Source: a virus
Virus record (IMG/VR): IMGVR_UViG_3300005805_000051
Coordinates: 32,001 to 96,000 of that record
DNA: 64,000 nt
Strand: one strand, 5' to 3'
The number at the start of each line of letters is the position of its first letter. Within the stretch, counting starts at the first letter, position 1. The notes below the pieces were generated by a model. The model saw only the letters and a program-made list of their open reading frames with translations. It had not been told where the DNA came from and did no database searches. Shown here one piece after another: positions 30,412 to 38,746 of the stretch. The position numbers were made by a program, and so were the translations under genes.

Positions 30412-31158
30412 TGTCAACACCGTCTGTTGTACCTCGGCAAACCGTGCCACGCGTTCTTCTAGCAACGGGCGCCAGAGTTCAGCCGAAGATTCTTGCCAAA
30501 CCAACAGTTTCGGGCACAACTGTACAATCACGATGGTATCTATAGTACCACGACCCAACCATTCTGTCAACGCATCCGCATAAAATGTGGCTTGCAAGGC
30601 ATAGTTAGTCACCCGATTGTCCGTTTTGGGTTTTTTGCCAGTTTTAAAATCAATCACCGCAAGACGACCATCGGTCAGTTCCGCACAAATGTCCATGCGT
30701 CCAGCCACTTTATGACGCGTAGACATGATGCGTGACTCGGACAATAATACCGTGCGAATCCGCGCATTCAGCAGCGTTCCGATCGCCGCGGCCATCGGTG
30801 GGTCAGATGGGTCTTTCAAATATTTCCACAGAGGCTGCCCCGTGATGAAGGATTCGCAGAAATCATGCCAACGGGTACCGTTTCCCGCGGCGGTTTTGGT
30901 GACTCGATCCGCTTCCACTGCCCCGACGCGTTTCCGCCACTTACGAAGTGCCGATTGCCCTTCATCATCAGTCGCACTCAGCAGTGTCGTAATCGACGGA
31001 TAGCGTTCTCCTTCGCTCGTATACCAACGTTTCCCGTCGTGATAGGTTTCACTCAAGGTGACGCGCAACGGTTGAGGGTCGTAGGTAATCGTCGACGCAG
31101 GAATGTCAGCCGCATTCCAAAACGGATATTCATGAACATGCCATTCCTGTTGTGTCAT
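30409..31158 (-). CDS. PD-(D/E)XK exonuclease
   Basis: YPSITTLL, WRKRVG..EADR, GTRWH, AGRMD..VIDFKT, YALQATFYA. Confidence 0.85.
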   Translation of the reverse strand: MTQQEWHVHEYPFWNAADIPASTITYDPQPLRVTLSETYHDGKRWYTSEGERYPSITTLLSATDDEGQSALRKWRKRVGAVEADRVTKTAAGNGTRWHDFCESFITGQPLWKYLKDPSDPPMAAAIGTLLNARIRTVLLSESRIMSTRHKVAGRMDICAELTDGRLAVIDFKTGKKPKTDNRVTNYALQATFYADALTEWLGRGTIDTIVIVQLCPKLLVWQESSAELWRPLLEERVARFAEVQQTVLT

Positions 31159-31201
31159 AACCCTAGTATACTACACTTCTAAATAGAGATGGAGGTATCC
31201 T

Positions 31202-31375
31202 ATGAACGGTGTACTTGTTGGTATTGTTCTCGGGCTGTTGCTTGTTGCGTGGGCCGTCACAACATTTATCGGCAAAGAATCAGGCGGACATGATCGTGTG
31301 CCGTTTGACTCGCGAAACTCCCCGTCATTCGGAGGCTCCACGCACCATGACGATCATGATAAACCCCTTATTTGA
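31202..31375 (+). CDS. Small single-TM membrane protein (57 aa)
   Basis: Manual ORF MNGVLVGIVLGLLLVAWAV...; GGAGG SD and TAAATA upstream. Confidence 0.7.
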   Translation: MNGVLVGIVLGLLLVAWAVTTFIGKESGGHDRVPFDSRNSPSFGGSTHHDDHDKPLI

Positions 31376-31392
31376 GTATAGCTGAGGTCTGT

Positions 31393-31584
31393 ATGGAACT
31401 AGTTGGAGGCGTTGTTTTTGCAGTTGTTTTTGCGGGTGTCCTCGGGTATGCGTTATTGGGAAGAAAATCCCAAGACTCCATCGAGGCCACGCGTGAAGAA
31501 ATCTTACGACATCACGGGGTAGACGTTGACCCCGTGGATTTTCATAGTGATATCGACCCCGGCGACGACAATCGATTCATCTAA
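31393..31584 (+). CDS. Small single-TM membrane protein
   Basis: GAGG SD; MELVGGVVFAVVFAGVLGYALL then an acidic tail. Confidence 0.7.
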   Translation: MELVGGVVFAVVFAGVLGYALLGRKSQDSIEATREEILRHHGVDVDPVDFHSDIDPGDDNRFI

Positions 31585-31586
31585 CG

Positions 31587-31620
31587 AAAAAAGGACGGGC
31601 ATTTTACCCGTCCTTTTTTT
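31587..31620. terminator. Bidirectional intrinsic terminator
   Basis: A6-GGACGGG loop CCCGTCC-T7 between convergent genes. Confidence 0.9.
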
Positions 31621-31630
31621 ATTGTACCAG

Positions 31631-33163
31631 TTAGTTCACGCGACCGACGAACAGTCGAGCGCGATCCCACGAAACGTTAAACACCTCACCAGCTTTCTTA
31701 TTGACGGGAGTCGCATCACCAGTTGCAGGATGATAGAAGGTACCACTGAAATTTCGAGCGGCACGAAACTGGTGTGTGCCGGGTTCTCCGTAGAACAGAT
31801 AGACACACCGACCATCACTGTGCTGCGCGCCGTCAACACGCACTTCGTGCGAAATGCCTTGATCAACGATACGTAGTTGACTCCATGTGTTGCCAGAGTG
31901 ATGTAGCGTAGTATATGTCATGACATCCTTCGGTAGTAACGCGCATATCTTCGGGGTGTTCCAGAAACCATTCTCCACTTGCAAGCCCTTGTCAATGGAG
32001 ACTCCTTCACCGGAGAACCACACATAGGACTGTCGTGCAATCAAACTCTGAAGCGCCAGCGCGACAATCGCTTCATCGTTCAGCTCCTGCTTGTTCGTGG
32101 TAACAGACACCAGATCGCCACTCCCGTTCGGTTCTGACTGAATTCCCAACTTACGCTTGGGTTTGCCTTCGTAGGGAATGGAAAAGATGTGACGAATCTT
32201 ATCCCAAAAATGACCGTCGCGACTGCCATGCACATCATAGCAATCAGCGGGATCAATAGAGAAGGCATCCAGCTCATGTGCTTCCTCGGTGCGCGGTGAG
32301 GTGAGCGTCAGCAGTGCGGTGCCTCCTGCACTCTTATACGCTTGCACAAACTGCGCGAGACGCACCGGGTCAGGCTCGCCGGTTTGCCATGCTTCGTTGC
32401 CCCCATCGAAGAACGCATAGACATACCCCGTACTGTCAACCGCACGACCCACTTCCGCGAGTTTTACGGCAAACGCTTTGCGGTCGGTCATATTATCACC
32501 AAGAGTGCCAATATCACCTTGCGATACGACGAGTCGCAACTTTCGGTCGACGCACTCTTGCACAAAGTCGCGCCACTCCGTCCAATAGTTCGGGGTGCTA
32601 CCGGGATTTACGGTGCGGCCGCCGTGCATCTTCTCCCAATACGACCCACTGAGTAGTGTCCAGACACGCACACCGTGATACCCGGCTTGTGCGAGCAAAT
32701 TTAGCTGTCCTCGAACGCGATCTCGGTCGCGTGTCCATAACGCAAATAAATCCCCGGCATGAGCAAACAACGGTAACACGGTACCGGTGTCATCCACGAA
32801 GGCGTTCTGCTCAATGCGGAGACGACCCACCAGCGGCCGCTCGACCACCGGAATCTCTCGCGAAAGTGTCACGGGAATCTGTGTGTTTTGCGTCAGCAAA
32901 ATTTTGCTATGCACGGCCACATACTTGTCGCACTCTACTGCATAGTAGACATCGCCTTGATTGACTTCAATCGCCGCATAACCATTCTCATCGGTGGCGC
33001 GCCGCAGTTCTTCATTGAGACGGAAGGTTGCCCCCACCAGTGGCGCGCCGTCGGTATCGGTTACCACTACCGCAATCGTCGCACGAGGAATAGAAGGCTC
33101 AGGAGTCGGTTGGGGATCGGGACGACCAAAGAGCCACTGAAACAATGACGAGAGAATAGACAT
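31631..33163 (-). CDS. Ig-like (carboxypeptidase-regulatory) domain fused to a glycoside hydrolase-like TIM barrel
   Basis: VVVTDTDGAPLVGAT..TDENGYA; GYHGVRVW, NEAWQ, DVHGSR, QSEP (clan-A-like acid/base and nucleophile positions). Confidence 0.5.
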   Translation of the reverse strand: MSILSSLFQWLFGRPDPQPTPEPSIPRATIAVVVTDTDGAPLVGATFRLNEELRRATDENGYAAIEVNQGDVYYAVECDKYVAVHSKILLTQNTQIPVTLSREIPVVERPLVGRLRIEQNAFVDDTGTVLPLFAHAGDLFALWTRDRDRVRGQLNLLAQAGYHGVRVWTLLSGSYWEKMHGGRTVNPGSTPNYWTEWRDFVQECVDRKLRLVVSQGDIGTLGDNMTDRKAFAVKLAEVGRAVDSTGYVYAFFDGGNEAWQTGEPDPVRLAQFVQAYKSAGGTALLTLTSPRTEEAHELDAFSIDPADCYDVHGSRDGHFWDKIRHIFSIPYEGKPKRKLGIQSEPNGSGDLVSVTTNKQELNDEAIVALALQSLIARQSYVWFSGEGVSIDKGLQVENGFWNTPKICALLPKDVMTYTTLHHSGNTWSQLRIVDQGISHEVRVDGAQHSDGRCVYLFYGEPGTHQFRAARNFSGTFYHPATGDATPVNKKAGEVFNVSWDRARLFVGRVN

Positions 33164-33187
33164 AAAAACTCCAAAAATAGGGAAAAG

Positions 33188-33463
33188 TTAAACTTCGCGT
33201 TTACCGCCAAGGGTATTAATCGTGCTGTGTCGATGTTTGCTCTTGATCCGCTTCAGGGTGTCTGTCCATGTGGATGGCAAATTTTGACGACCAATCCGAT
33301 AGCCGTCTCCTAACGCTGGTGCGGCCGCGCAGCGTTCCAATGTGTGCAGTTCCTCACACTGTGGACAGGGCTGTGTGGTGGGATAATCGCGGTCCGCAAT
33401 CGGCAGGTTGACATCAGCAATCACCAATCCACATGCGGTACATTCAAAATCATACATCGGCAT
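33188..33463 (-). CDS. FmdB-family zinc ribbon protein
   Basis: MPMYDFECTACG...CPQC. Confidence 0.85.
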   Translation of the reverse strand: MPMYDFECTACGLVIADVNLPIADRDYPTTQPCPQCEELHTLERCAAAPALGDGYRIGRQNLPSTWTDTLKRIKSKHRHSTINTLGGKREV

Positions 33464-33485
33464 CTTGTATATCCTCTAGAACTAT

Positions 33486-34139
33486 TTAGGCGTCCGGAAA
33501 TCGCGCCGCATGCAGCGCCAAACGCGTTTCCGCGAGGGCATGCACCGTGGGGTCGAGTTCTGTACCCAGATAGCACCGACCGGTGTCTCGCGCCGCGATT
33601 GCGGTCGTGCCGCTCCCCATAAACGGGTCATACACAATAGACTCAGGGGGCGTATAGTTACGAATACAGCGCACCGGCACCATCACTGGCATCCCATAGG
33701 TATACTGCTCATAGTGCCCATACCCATCGTTCCAGACATCCGGCGCAAACGACGCGTCTTGTGATTGTCGCGCCGCGCGCCACACGCCCGTGCTAAAGGT
33801 CATGACATTCCCGTAGGTCAATCGGAACAGATTGATTTTATCGCTCTTAACCCAAATCTTGTGACTCCGCAGCGTATAGCCGAGGTCGGTCATTGCATGA
33901 TACAACGCCAGATGTTTCGGCACAATCGTGCTGCGATGTTTGCGATCGGTGAATGCAACCGTAATCAGGCCCAGTCGCGGACGAAACAACACAAACAACT
34001 CTGACAAAAATGTTTGATACGCGGTCAGATCGACCGTGCTGCCGACTTCATCAAAATCAGGCGGACTTGTAAACACATAGTCATAGGTGAGGGTTGGCGC
34101 CAGTGTTCGTGCATCCCCACATACAATCGTATTCATCAT
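33486..34139 (-). CDS. Beta-class amino DNA methyltransferase (N4-C/N6-A family)
   Basis: VFTSPPDF precedes YDPFMGSGTTA..GTELD; SD GGAGAGG. Confidence 0.8.
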   Translation of the reverse strand: MMNTIVCGDARTLAPTLTYDYVFTSPPDFDEVGSTVDLTAYQTFLSELFVLFRPRLGLITVAFTDRKHRSTIVPKHLALYHAMTDLGYTLRSHKIWVKSDKINLFRLTYGNVMTFSTGVWRAARQSQDASFAPDVWNDGYGHYEQYTYGMPVMVPVRCIRNYTPPESIVYDPFMGSGTTAIAARDTGRCYLGTELDPTVHALAETRLALHAARFPDA

Positions 34140-34189
34140 ACAGGCACACCTCTCCCATTCTTTATAATATCTATTATAATTTTTATAAG

Positions 34190-34512
34190 ATACTTGCGGG
34201 GATGTTTGGAGAGACACCTCTCCCTTGCGGGATTACAGGTGTCTCTCCCTTGCGTATGGACGCCTCGGATCGACTCAGGATGCGATGTAACGTGGCGGTT
34301 AGCCGGTACCACAACGCACCGTATGGTGCGACATCTGCCTCTCACCCTCGCGGGTCTAACGGGAGGTCATCATCCCCATCCTGACGAACATGATGACCGC
34401 GTAGGTCGTGAGGTTCCACGTGCCCTACATCGTTGGTCGTACGGACCGATTCTCGCGAATCGGCGTATTCGCTGCACCGCGACATTCAAGCGCGGAAACG
34501 AATACTGACTGT
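34190..34512 (-). ncRNA. Unassigned highly structured non-coding element (ncRNA, leader or origin transcript)
   Basis: At least seven consecutive stems, three closed by GNRA loops on the minus strand; promoter directly upstream; no credible ORF. Confidence 0.6.
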
Positions 34513-34518
34513 CCACTC

Positions 34519-34547
34519 AGTATAGCGAGTGGGGTCGTGCGCGTCAA
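34519..34547 (-). promoter_or_regulatory. Sigma70-type promoter TTGACG-N17-TATACT
   Basis: -35 at 34547-34542, -10 at 34524-34519, 17-nt spacer. Confidence 0.8.
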
Positions 34548-34551
34548 GCGA

Positions 34552-35802
34552 TTATTGGAATCGACCTTGTGTCAGGTTCAGTTGTGAGAACCCACTGCGG
34601 TCGACCAGCTTGACGAAACCTCCCCGACGATCACTGGCGACGAACCCTTCGTGGTCGCCGCGCGTCAGGCCCCCGTCCCCTTGTAGGAACGGACTAAACT
34701 CGGTGCGTAGATTCAGCTTGTTAATCAACGCAAGTTTTGCGTCGATTACGAGGGTTTGCCACGCAATAATGGGTGCCAGTGCCGGAGCAAGTCGCTTCAC
34801 CGTCCCGATAAACGCGAGATACTTTTCCCGCACCCCGGTTTTTCCGGCGACGCTCTTTCGGGCGGCACTTTCTTTTTCTTCGAGTCGCTCAAGAAAATCG
34901 ACAAACTGCGCCACAAACTGTTGCGGAGCTGGCGTAATGGGCTGCCCTGCTCGCACGAGTTGATTCTGAAACTGCATCAGCAGGTCACGCAAGGCAGGAG
35001 TGGTCTTAAGTGCCGACAAAAACGGATTGCGTTGTAATAGGGCCGTTTGTTTGGAAATCTTAGCAAGGAGCGCATCAATCTCTCGCGTTTCGGCAGCGGT
35101 CATGGTCACGCTACCGGAAACATCCTGATATCGCGTGGGGAACAACAAGACATCAGAGGACGCGCCTAACGCATTCAGATTTGCACCCGGTGTCGCACGT
35201 AGGGTCGCGAGACTCGACCCCGTATAGGTCGTGTGGAACGCAATACCGACCGACGCAGCGAGGACACGTTGACCAAGCGGACTCGCTTCAGGAATGCCAT
35301 ACACAATGGTGTTGGGTTTGAAAGTTACATGTGGCACACCATCGATAGTTTGCCGTTTTCGTAAACTTGGCACAAACATCAGGTCGCCTTGCAGGACGGT
35401 CGTCCAGTTCAGTTGCGAGAGTGCGGTAAACGCAACCTTGAGCGTGTCCACCAAGCCGGGTGCATGCCCGTACAGGCGTTCAATATCGGTCAGGGATTTT
35501 GCGACCCGCGGCGTTTTAGCTAACGCGCTTTTTGTTGCGACGAAAAACTGGCCGTCATCAGGGTCACGACCCACGACCATTGACGGCGCACCGTCCACTT
35601 TCACGGACAAGTTATACGCTTTGTCCGCATGTCCTTTCAACACATTCGCGACTTGGGTCAGGTAGACGACAGCGGACGCTGCACCGGGATGGTACGACGT
35701 CCACACCAAATCTTCGAGATGGGTCAGGTGAGACACCACCTGTCGTGGGGCTGCGGCTTCCTGCAACGACACCCACGCATGAAAGGACGAGAGGGAAATC
35801 AT
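34552..35802 (-). CDS. DUF6267-like protein with RNA-ligase-type nucleotidyltransferase motifs
   Basis: HLTHLEDL, SVKVDGAP (KxDG), FFVATKS, LQGDLMF, EGFV, VKLVDR; start overlaps the Dps stop (TAATG). Confidence 0.7.
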   Translation of the reverse strand: MISLSSFHAWVSLQEAAAPRQVVSHLTHLEDLVWTSYHPGAASAVVYLTQVANVLKGHADKAYNLSVKVDGAPSMVVGRDPDDGQFFVATKSALAKTPRVAKSLTDIERLYGHAPGLVDTLKVAFTALSQLNWTTVLQGDLMFVPSLRKRQTIDGVPHVTFKPNTIVYGIPEASPLGQRVLAASVGIAFHTTYTGSSLATLRATPGANLNALGASSDVLLFPTRYQDVSGSVTMTAAETREIDALLAKISKQTALLQRNPFLSALKTTPALRDLLMQFQNQLVRAGQPITPAPQQFVAQFVDFLERLEEKESAARKSVAGKTGVREKYLAFIGTVKRLAPALAPIIAWQTLVIDAKLALINKLNLRTEFSPFLQGDGGLTRGDHEGFVASDRRGGFVKLVDRSGFSQLNLTQGRFQ

Positions 35803-36260
35803 TAGACCGATTTCAGGTGGGAGCGCAACTGCCATGCCCACTTGTCGTGCTGCATGATACGGTCTTGGAAGAAGTTCGCGAGTCCGACATCTCCCAGAGC
35901 TTCAGCAGCATTGAATGCGGCATGCAGTGACGTCAAGACGCCAGTGTTTGCGTCCAACACCGCTTGCAGATGTTCGGTGGGATTGCCCCCTTTGACTTGC
36001 ATGTCCGCAATATTCGTGGTGGACAATGCGAACCCAAGCGTTGCCGGGGCGTAGAACTTGTGAAACCGCAGTCCTTCAGCCACGGGGTCAATGGAGTCGT
36101 GAACATCGTCGTAAATCTTGGCGAAGAAGTCGTGAAGGGGTCCGAAGAACGGTCCTTCCACATTCCAGTGCGCGCCGTGGGCCCGGAAATAAAGACTATA
36201 CAAATCGGCCATCAATTGACGGGACGCCGTAACAAATGCTTCTTCTTGAGGTGTAGCCAT
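35802..36260 (-). CDS. dps: Dps ferritin-like protein
   Basis: AHGAHWNVEGPFFGPLHDFF..D..AE, HDKWAWQLRS. Confidence 0.95.
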   Translation of the reverse strand: MATPQEEAFVTASRQLMADLYSLYFRAHGAHWNVEGPFFGPLHDFFAKIYDDVHDSIDPVAEGLRFHKFYAPATLGFALSTTNIADMQVKGGNPTEHLQAVLDANTGVLTSLHAAFNAAEALGDVGLANFFQDRIMQHDKWAWQLRSHLKSV

Positions 36261-36306
36261 GGAAACTCCTTCTTCTCATGCTATTTAGGAACCCACCTCG
36301 TTCACG

Positions 36307-36341
36307 AATGGGGGAAGAGGTATACCCCCTTCCCCCACATT
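36307..36341. terminator. Strong hairpin between hsp20 and dps
   Basis: TGGGGGAAG/CTTCCCCCA stem; U-tract weak. Confidence 0.45.
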
Positions 36342-36357
36342 ACAAACATGATAGGTC

Positions 36358-36852
36358 TTAGCTATCCGATTTTGTGCCGGCCGCAATCGCTTTTGCGACC
36401 TGTGACGCAATCGCAATTTTTCGCGGCTTGTGTGTTTCGGGAATCACATTCTCCAAGCGCACCCGTAACATGCCATGCTGAAGCGTTGCGCCCTGCACGA
36501 CGACGGTTTCCGCAAGCGCGACCGTCTTTGTGAAACTGCGAAGACCCACCCCGCGATACAGATAGTCGTCCTTCGTCTCGGACTTCTTTACGGCACCACG
36601 AATGGTGAGCAGGTTCTTCTCAAGTTCCACTTCTAGATCGTCTTCGGTAAATCCCGCGACCGCGAGTTCCAGTTCATACTCGGTGTCGGAGAGCCGCTTC
36701 AGATTATGGGGGGGATAGTTATTCTGGTCAGAGACGCGGTGTTCAATGTGCGCGAGTTCATCAAACAGACGGTCGAACCCGACACTGAAATGCGTCCACG
36801 GTTCCAGAGGTAGGGAAAACCCATTACCAAACAATAAACGACGAGCAGTCAT
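36358..36852 (-). CDS. Small heat shock protein (Hsp20, IbpA-like)
   Basis: GFDRLFD, NYPPHNL, ELAVAGF, YLYRGVGLRSF, GMLRVRL..IPE..KPRKI. Confidence 0.95.
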   Translation of the reverse strand: MTARRLLFGNGFSLPLEPWTHFSVGFDRLFDELAHIEHRVSDQNNYPPHNLKRLSDTEYELELAVAGFTEDDLEVELEKNLLTIRGAVKKSETKDDYLYRGVGLRSFTKTVALAETVVVQGATLQHGMLRVRLENVIPETHKPRKIAIASQVAKAIAAGTKSDS

Positions 36853-36854
36853 AA

Positions 36855-36910
36855 TAGTCCTCCTTTGAGCGACTAAAGATTCACGCCACATCCCCGAAGG
36901 CAATGTGACG
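36855..36910 (-). promoter_or_regulatory. ROSE-like RNA thermometer in the hsp20 leader
   Basis: UAGUCGCUC-AAAG-GAGGACUA hairpin pairs UCGCU with the SD; upstream hairpin capped by cUUCGg. Confidence 0.65.
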
Positions 36911-36940
36911 CTACGGTTACAACACTAGTATATAGCAAAC

Positions 36941-37165
36941 TTATTCAGATTTCCATGCCCAATTGACCACGATCCAGTCGTTCAAACAATCCTCAAACCC
37001 ATAGCGTGTCTTTACGCAGTCTTCCCCAAACTTTTTGTTCATCTGCTGCTGCCAATAGGGGAAGTATGTCGTGCGAATCTCCTCTTCGGACATGGTGATG
37101 ACTTCATTGCCCACGAGGTTGCCGTCGTTGTCAAAGACGGGTTCATTGTAGCAGTAGTAGCGCAT
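36941..37165 (-). CDS. Small conserved phage protein
   Basis: MRYYCYNEP..SEEEI..YFPYW..EDCLNDWIVVNWAW; start overlaps the upstream stop. Confidence 0.7.
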   Translation of the reverse strand: MRYYCYNEPVFDNDGNLVGNEVITMSEEEIRTTYFPYWQQQMNKKFGEDCVKTRYGFEDCLNDWIVVNWAWKSE

Positions 37166-37743
37166 TATCGGGCCTCGCACATAAAATATGGAGATTCTTG
37201 ATTCTTCCACGTCGAGAACGCGGCTTTGGCTCCGCGATAGTAGTTGTGATACGCCTGCACGGTGGCGTCCCACGAGTTTCCTGCGACTTTATATGCGTCC
37301 GGCATCGCTTGGGGTGGGGCCGACGAACGGTCGGATGACATATACAGCTTGCTGGGCACACATCCGAGTGTGAAATACAATGCAGGATGGTGCTTGGCAC
37401 TATACGCGTGGTCTTTGCCGTAGCGTCGCGTATATTCTTCTGTCAGTTCCGCGAACAAACGGAACAACCACTGGTAATGGTCAGGATGTGACCGCACCCA
37501 CACATTACAGGGATGATTGACATGTGTCGCTTTGAGCAACAATCGTTCACGGGTTTCATCAAAATGCCGCCACCGTTGAATACGACGATTGTTGTCAGTT
37601 TTATCGATATATGGCGTGCCATCTACCATACGATGGGCGGTAGACAGGAGTTGTGCCGATTCTAGAATCATCTTCACACAATGTTTGTCATTGTGCAGCC
37701 GCGCCGCAATCTCAGGATTTGTGTCCAGCACGAATATGTTCAT
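37165..37743 (-). CDS. Pyrimidine dimer DNA glycosylase/endonuclease V-like protein
   Basis: MNIFVLD..DKHCVKMILESAQLLSTAH, THVNHPCNVW, EYTRRYGKDH, PQAMPD. Confidence 0.85.
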   Translation of the reverse strand: MNIFVLDTNPEIAARLHNDKHCVKMILESAQLLSTAHRMVDGTPYIDKTDNNRRIQRWRHFDETRERLLLKATHVNHPCNVWVRSHPDHYQWLFRLFAELTEEYTRRYGKDHAYSAKHHPALYFTLGCVPSKLYMSSDRSSAPPQAMPDAYKVAGNSWDATVQAYHNYYRGAKAAFSTWKNQESPYFMCEAR

Positions 37744-37752
37744 GCGGACAGT

Positions 37753-37938
37753 TTACTCGTCTTCGTAGAGTTCGTCAAGGTCGTCGGTATAGTCATCCAC
37801 ATCCCGAAAATTTTTGGCAAATGTTTGAATGCGTCGGAGGCTTTCATTGGCCCGACGCTTGTGCCGTTTTTCGCGATTTTGCTTGTTAATGCGTTCGTGA
37901 CGAAGCTGTTCGTGATTCGGAGCTTTCTTGACACTCAT
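37753..37938 (-). CDS. Small basic/acidic hypothetical protein
   Basis: Fills the gap in operon orientation. Confidence 0.55.
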   Translation of the reverse strand: MSVKKAPNHEQLRHERINKQNREKRHKRRANESLRRIQTFAKNFRDVDDYTDDLDELYEDE

Positions 37939-37943
37939 GATGA

Positions 37944-38699
37944 CTATAGAATCTCGGGAAAGGCTTTCTTTACAAGGTCTTTGGTAATCGGGAACTTCTT
38001 TTGAAGCGTCTTGTTCTTTACTGCAAGTAGCACATCCGCTTCGGTGGGATGTAACGCTTCCAGCGTTTGAATGAACATCGACTCTAGCTTATACTTAGGC
38101 ATGGTCACTACCGGTGGGGCATCGCGTTGTAGCAGTTCATTGTTCGTCCGAAGAATCTGCGCTCGTAGATGGGCAACCTGCTGACTGATTTGTTCCGCAA
38201 TCGCTTTGGCTGCGTTCAGGTGCTGACGCGTCGTTTGCACCTGCGCGGTGGCACGATTCAGTCGGCTTTGCGCTTCAATAACGGCTTGCTTTGCGTTCAC
38301 GAACTCTTCTTCCGCGTCTTGAAACGCTCTCGTGGTGGTGAGAAGCTCGTTACCCTTCTGCGACTCAATATCTTCGGCGGCTTTCAGTCGATCCCGCTGT
38401 TCCTCGGACATTTCGGTTAAGGCCAACTTACTCGGTTGTAGCCACAGATACGAGAGCTTGCGCGTTTCTGCATGAAGATTCGTTTCGCTCAAGCCGATAG
38501 GATTGGGATTGCGCTTGAACGGAGGATCACCCTCCGGAAGATTGTATTGAATCTTCGGATCGAATCCGTGCTTGAGCAGGAGACGAAGCGTCGGGCTATC
38601 ATGCTTTCGCAACCACTCAATCTTCTTGAGAACCGCACCGTCGCCGGTGAACTCTTTGAGCTTACTCAATACTTCTGAAATCAATAATCGTGCAGCCAT
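37944..38699 (-). CDS. Conserved T4-like phage protein with a coiled-coil insertion
   Basis: LLISEVL..LPEGDPPF..ETRKL and ESMFIQTLEALHPTEADVL..VKKAFP. Confidence 0.7.
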   Translation of the reverse strand: MAARLLISEVLSKLKEFTGDGAVLKKIEWLRKHDSPTLRLLLKHGFDPKIQYNLPEGDPPFKRNPNPIGLSETNLHAETRKLSYLWLQPSKLALTEMSEEQRDRLKAAEDIESQKGNELLTTTRAFQDAEEEFVNAKQAVIEAQSRLNRATAQVQTTRQHLNAAKAIAEQISQQVAHLRAQILRTNNELLQRDAPPVVTMPKYKLESMFIQTLEALHPTEADVLLAVKNKTLQKKFPITKDLVKKAFPEIL

Positions 38700-38746
38700 A
38701 CCATGCATCCTTTATGTGAGGAATAGTCCTCGCTGGTATTTAGGTG

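Noticed and set aside
16094-33163. Host assignment from the permuted tmRNA or accessory domains
   Set aside because: The tag lacks the usual ANDN start and nothing here is diagnostic without database searches.
34381-34499. Hammerhead ribozyme (CTGACGA ... GAAA), RNase P or intron core in the structured region
   Set aside because: The core motifs are about 110 nt apart without the required stems and lie on the strand opposite the promoter. No RNase P or group I/II consensus was recognised.
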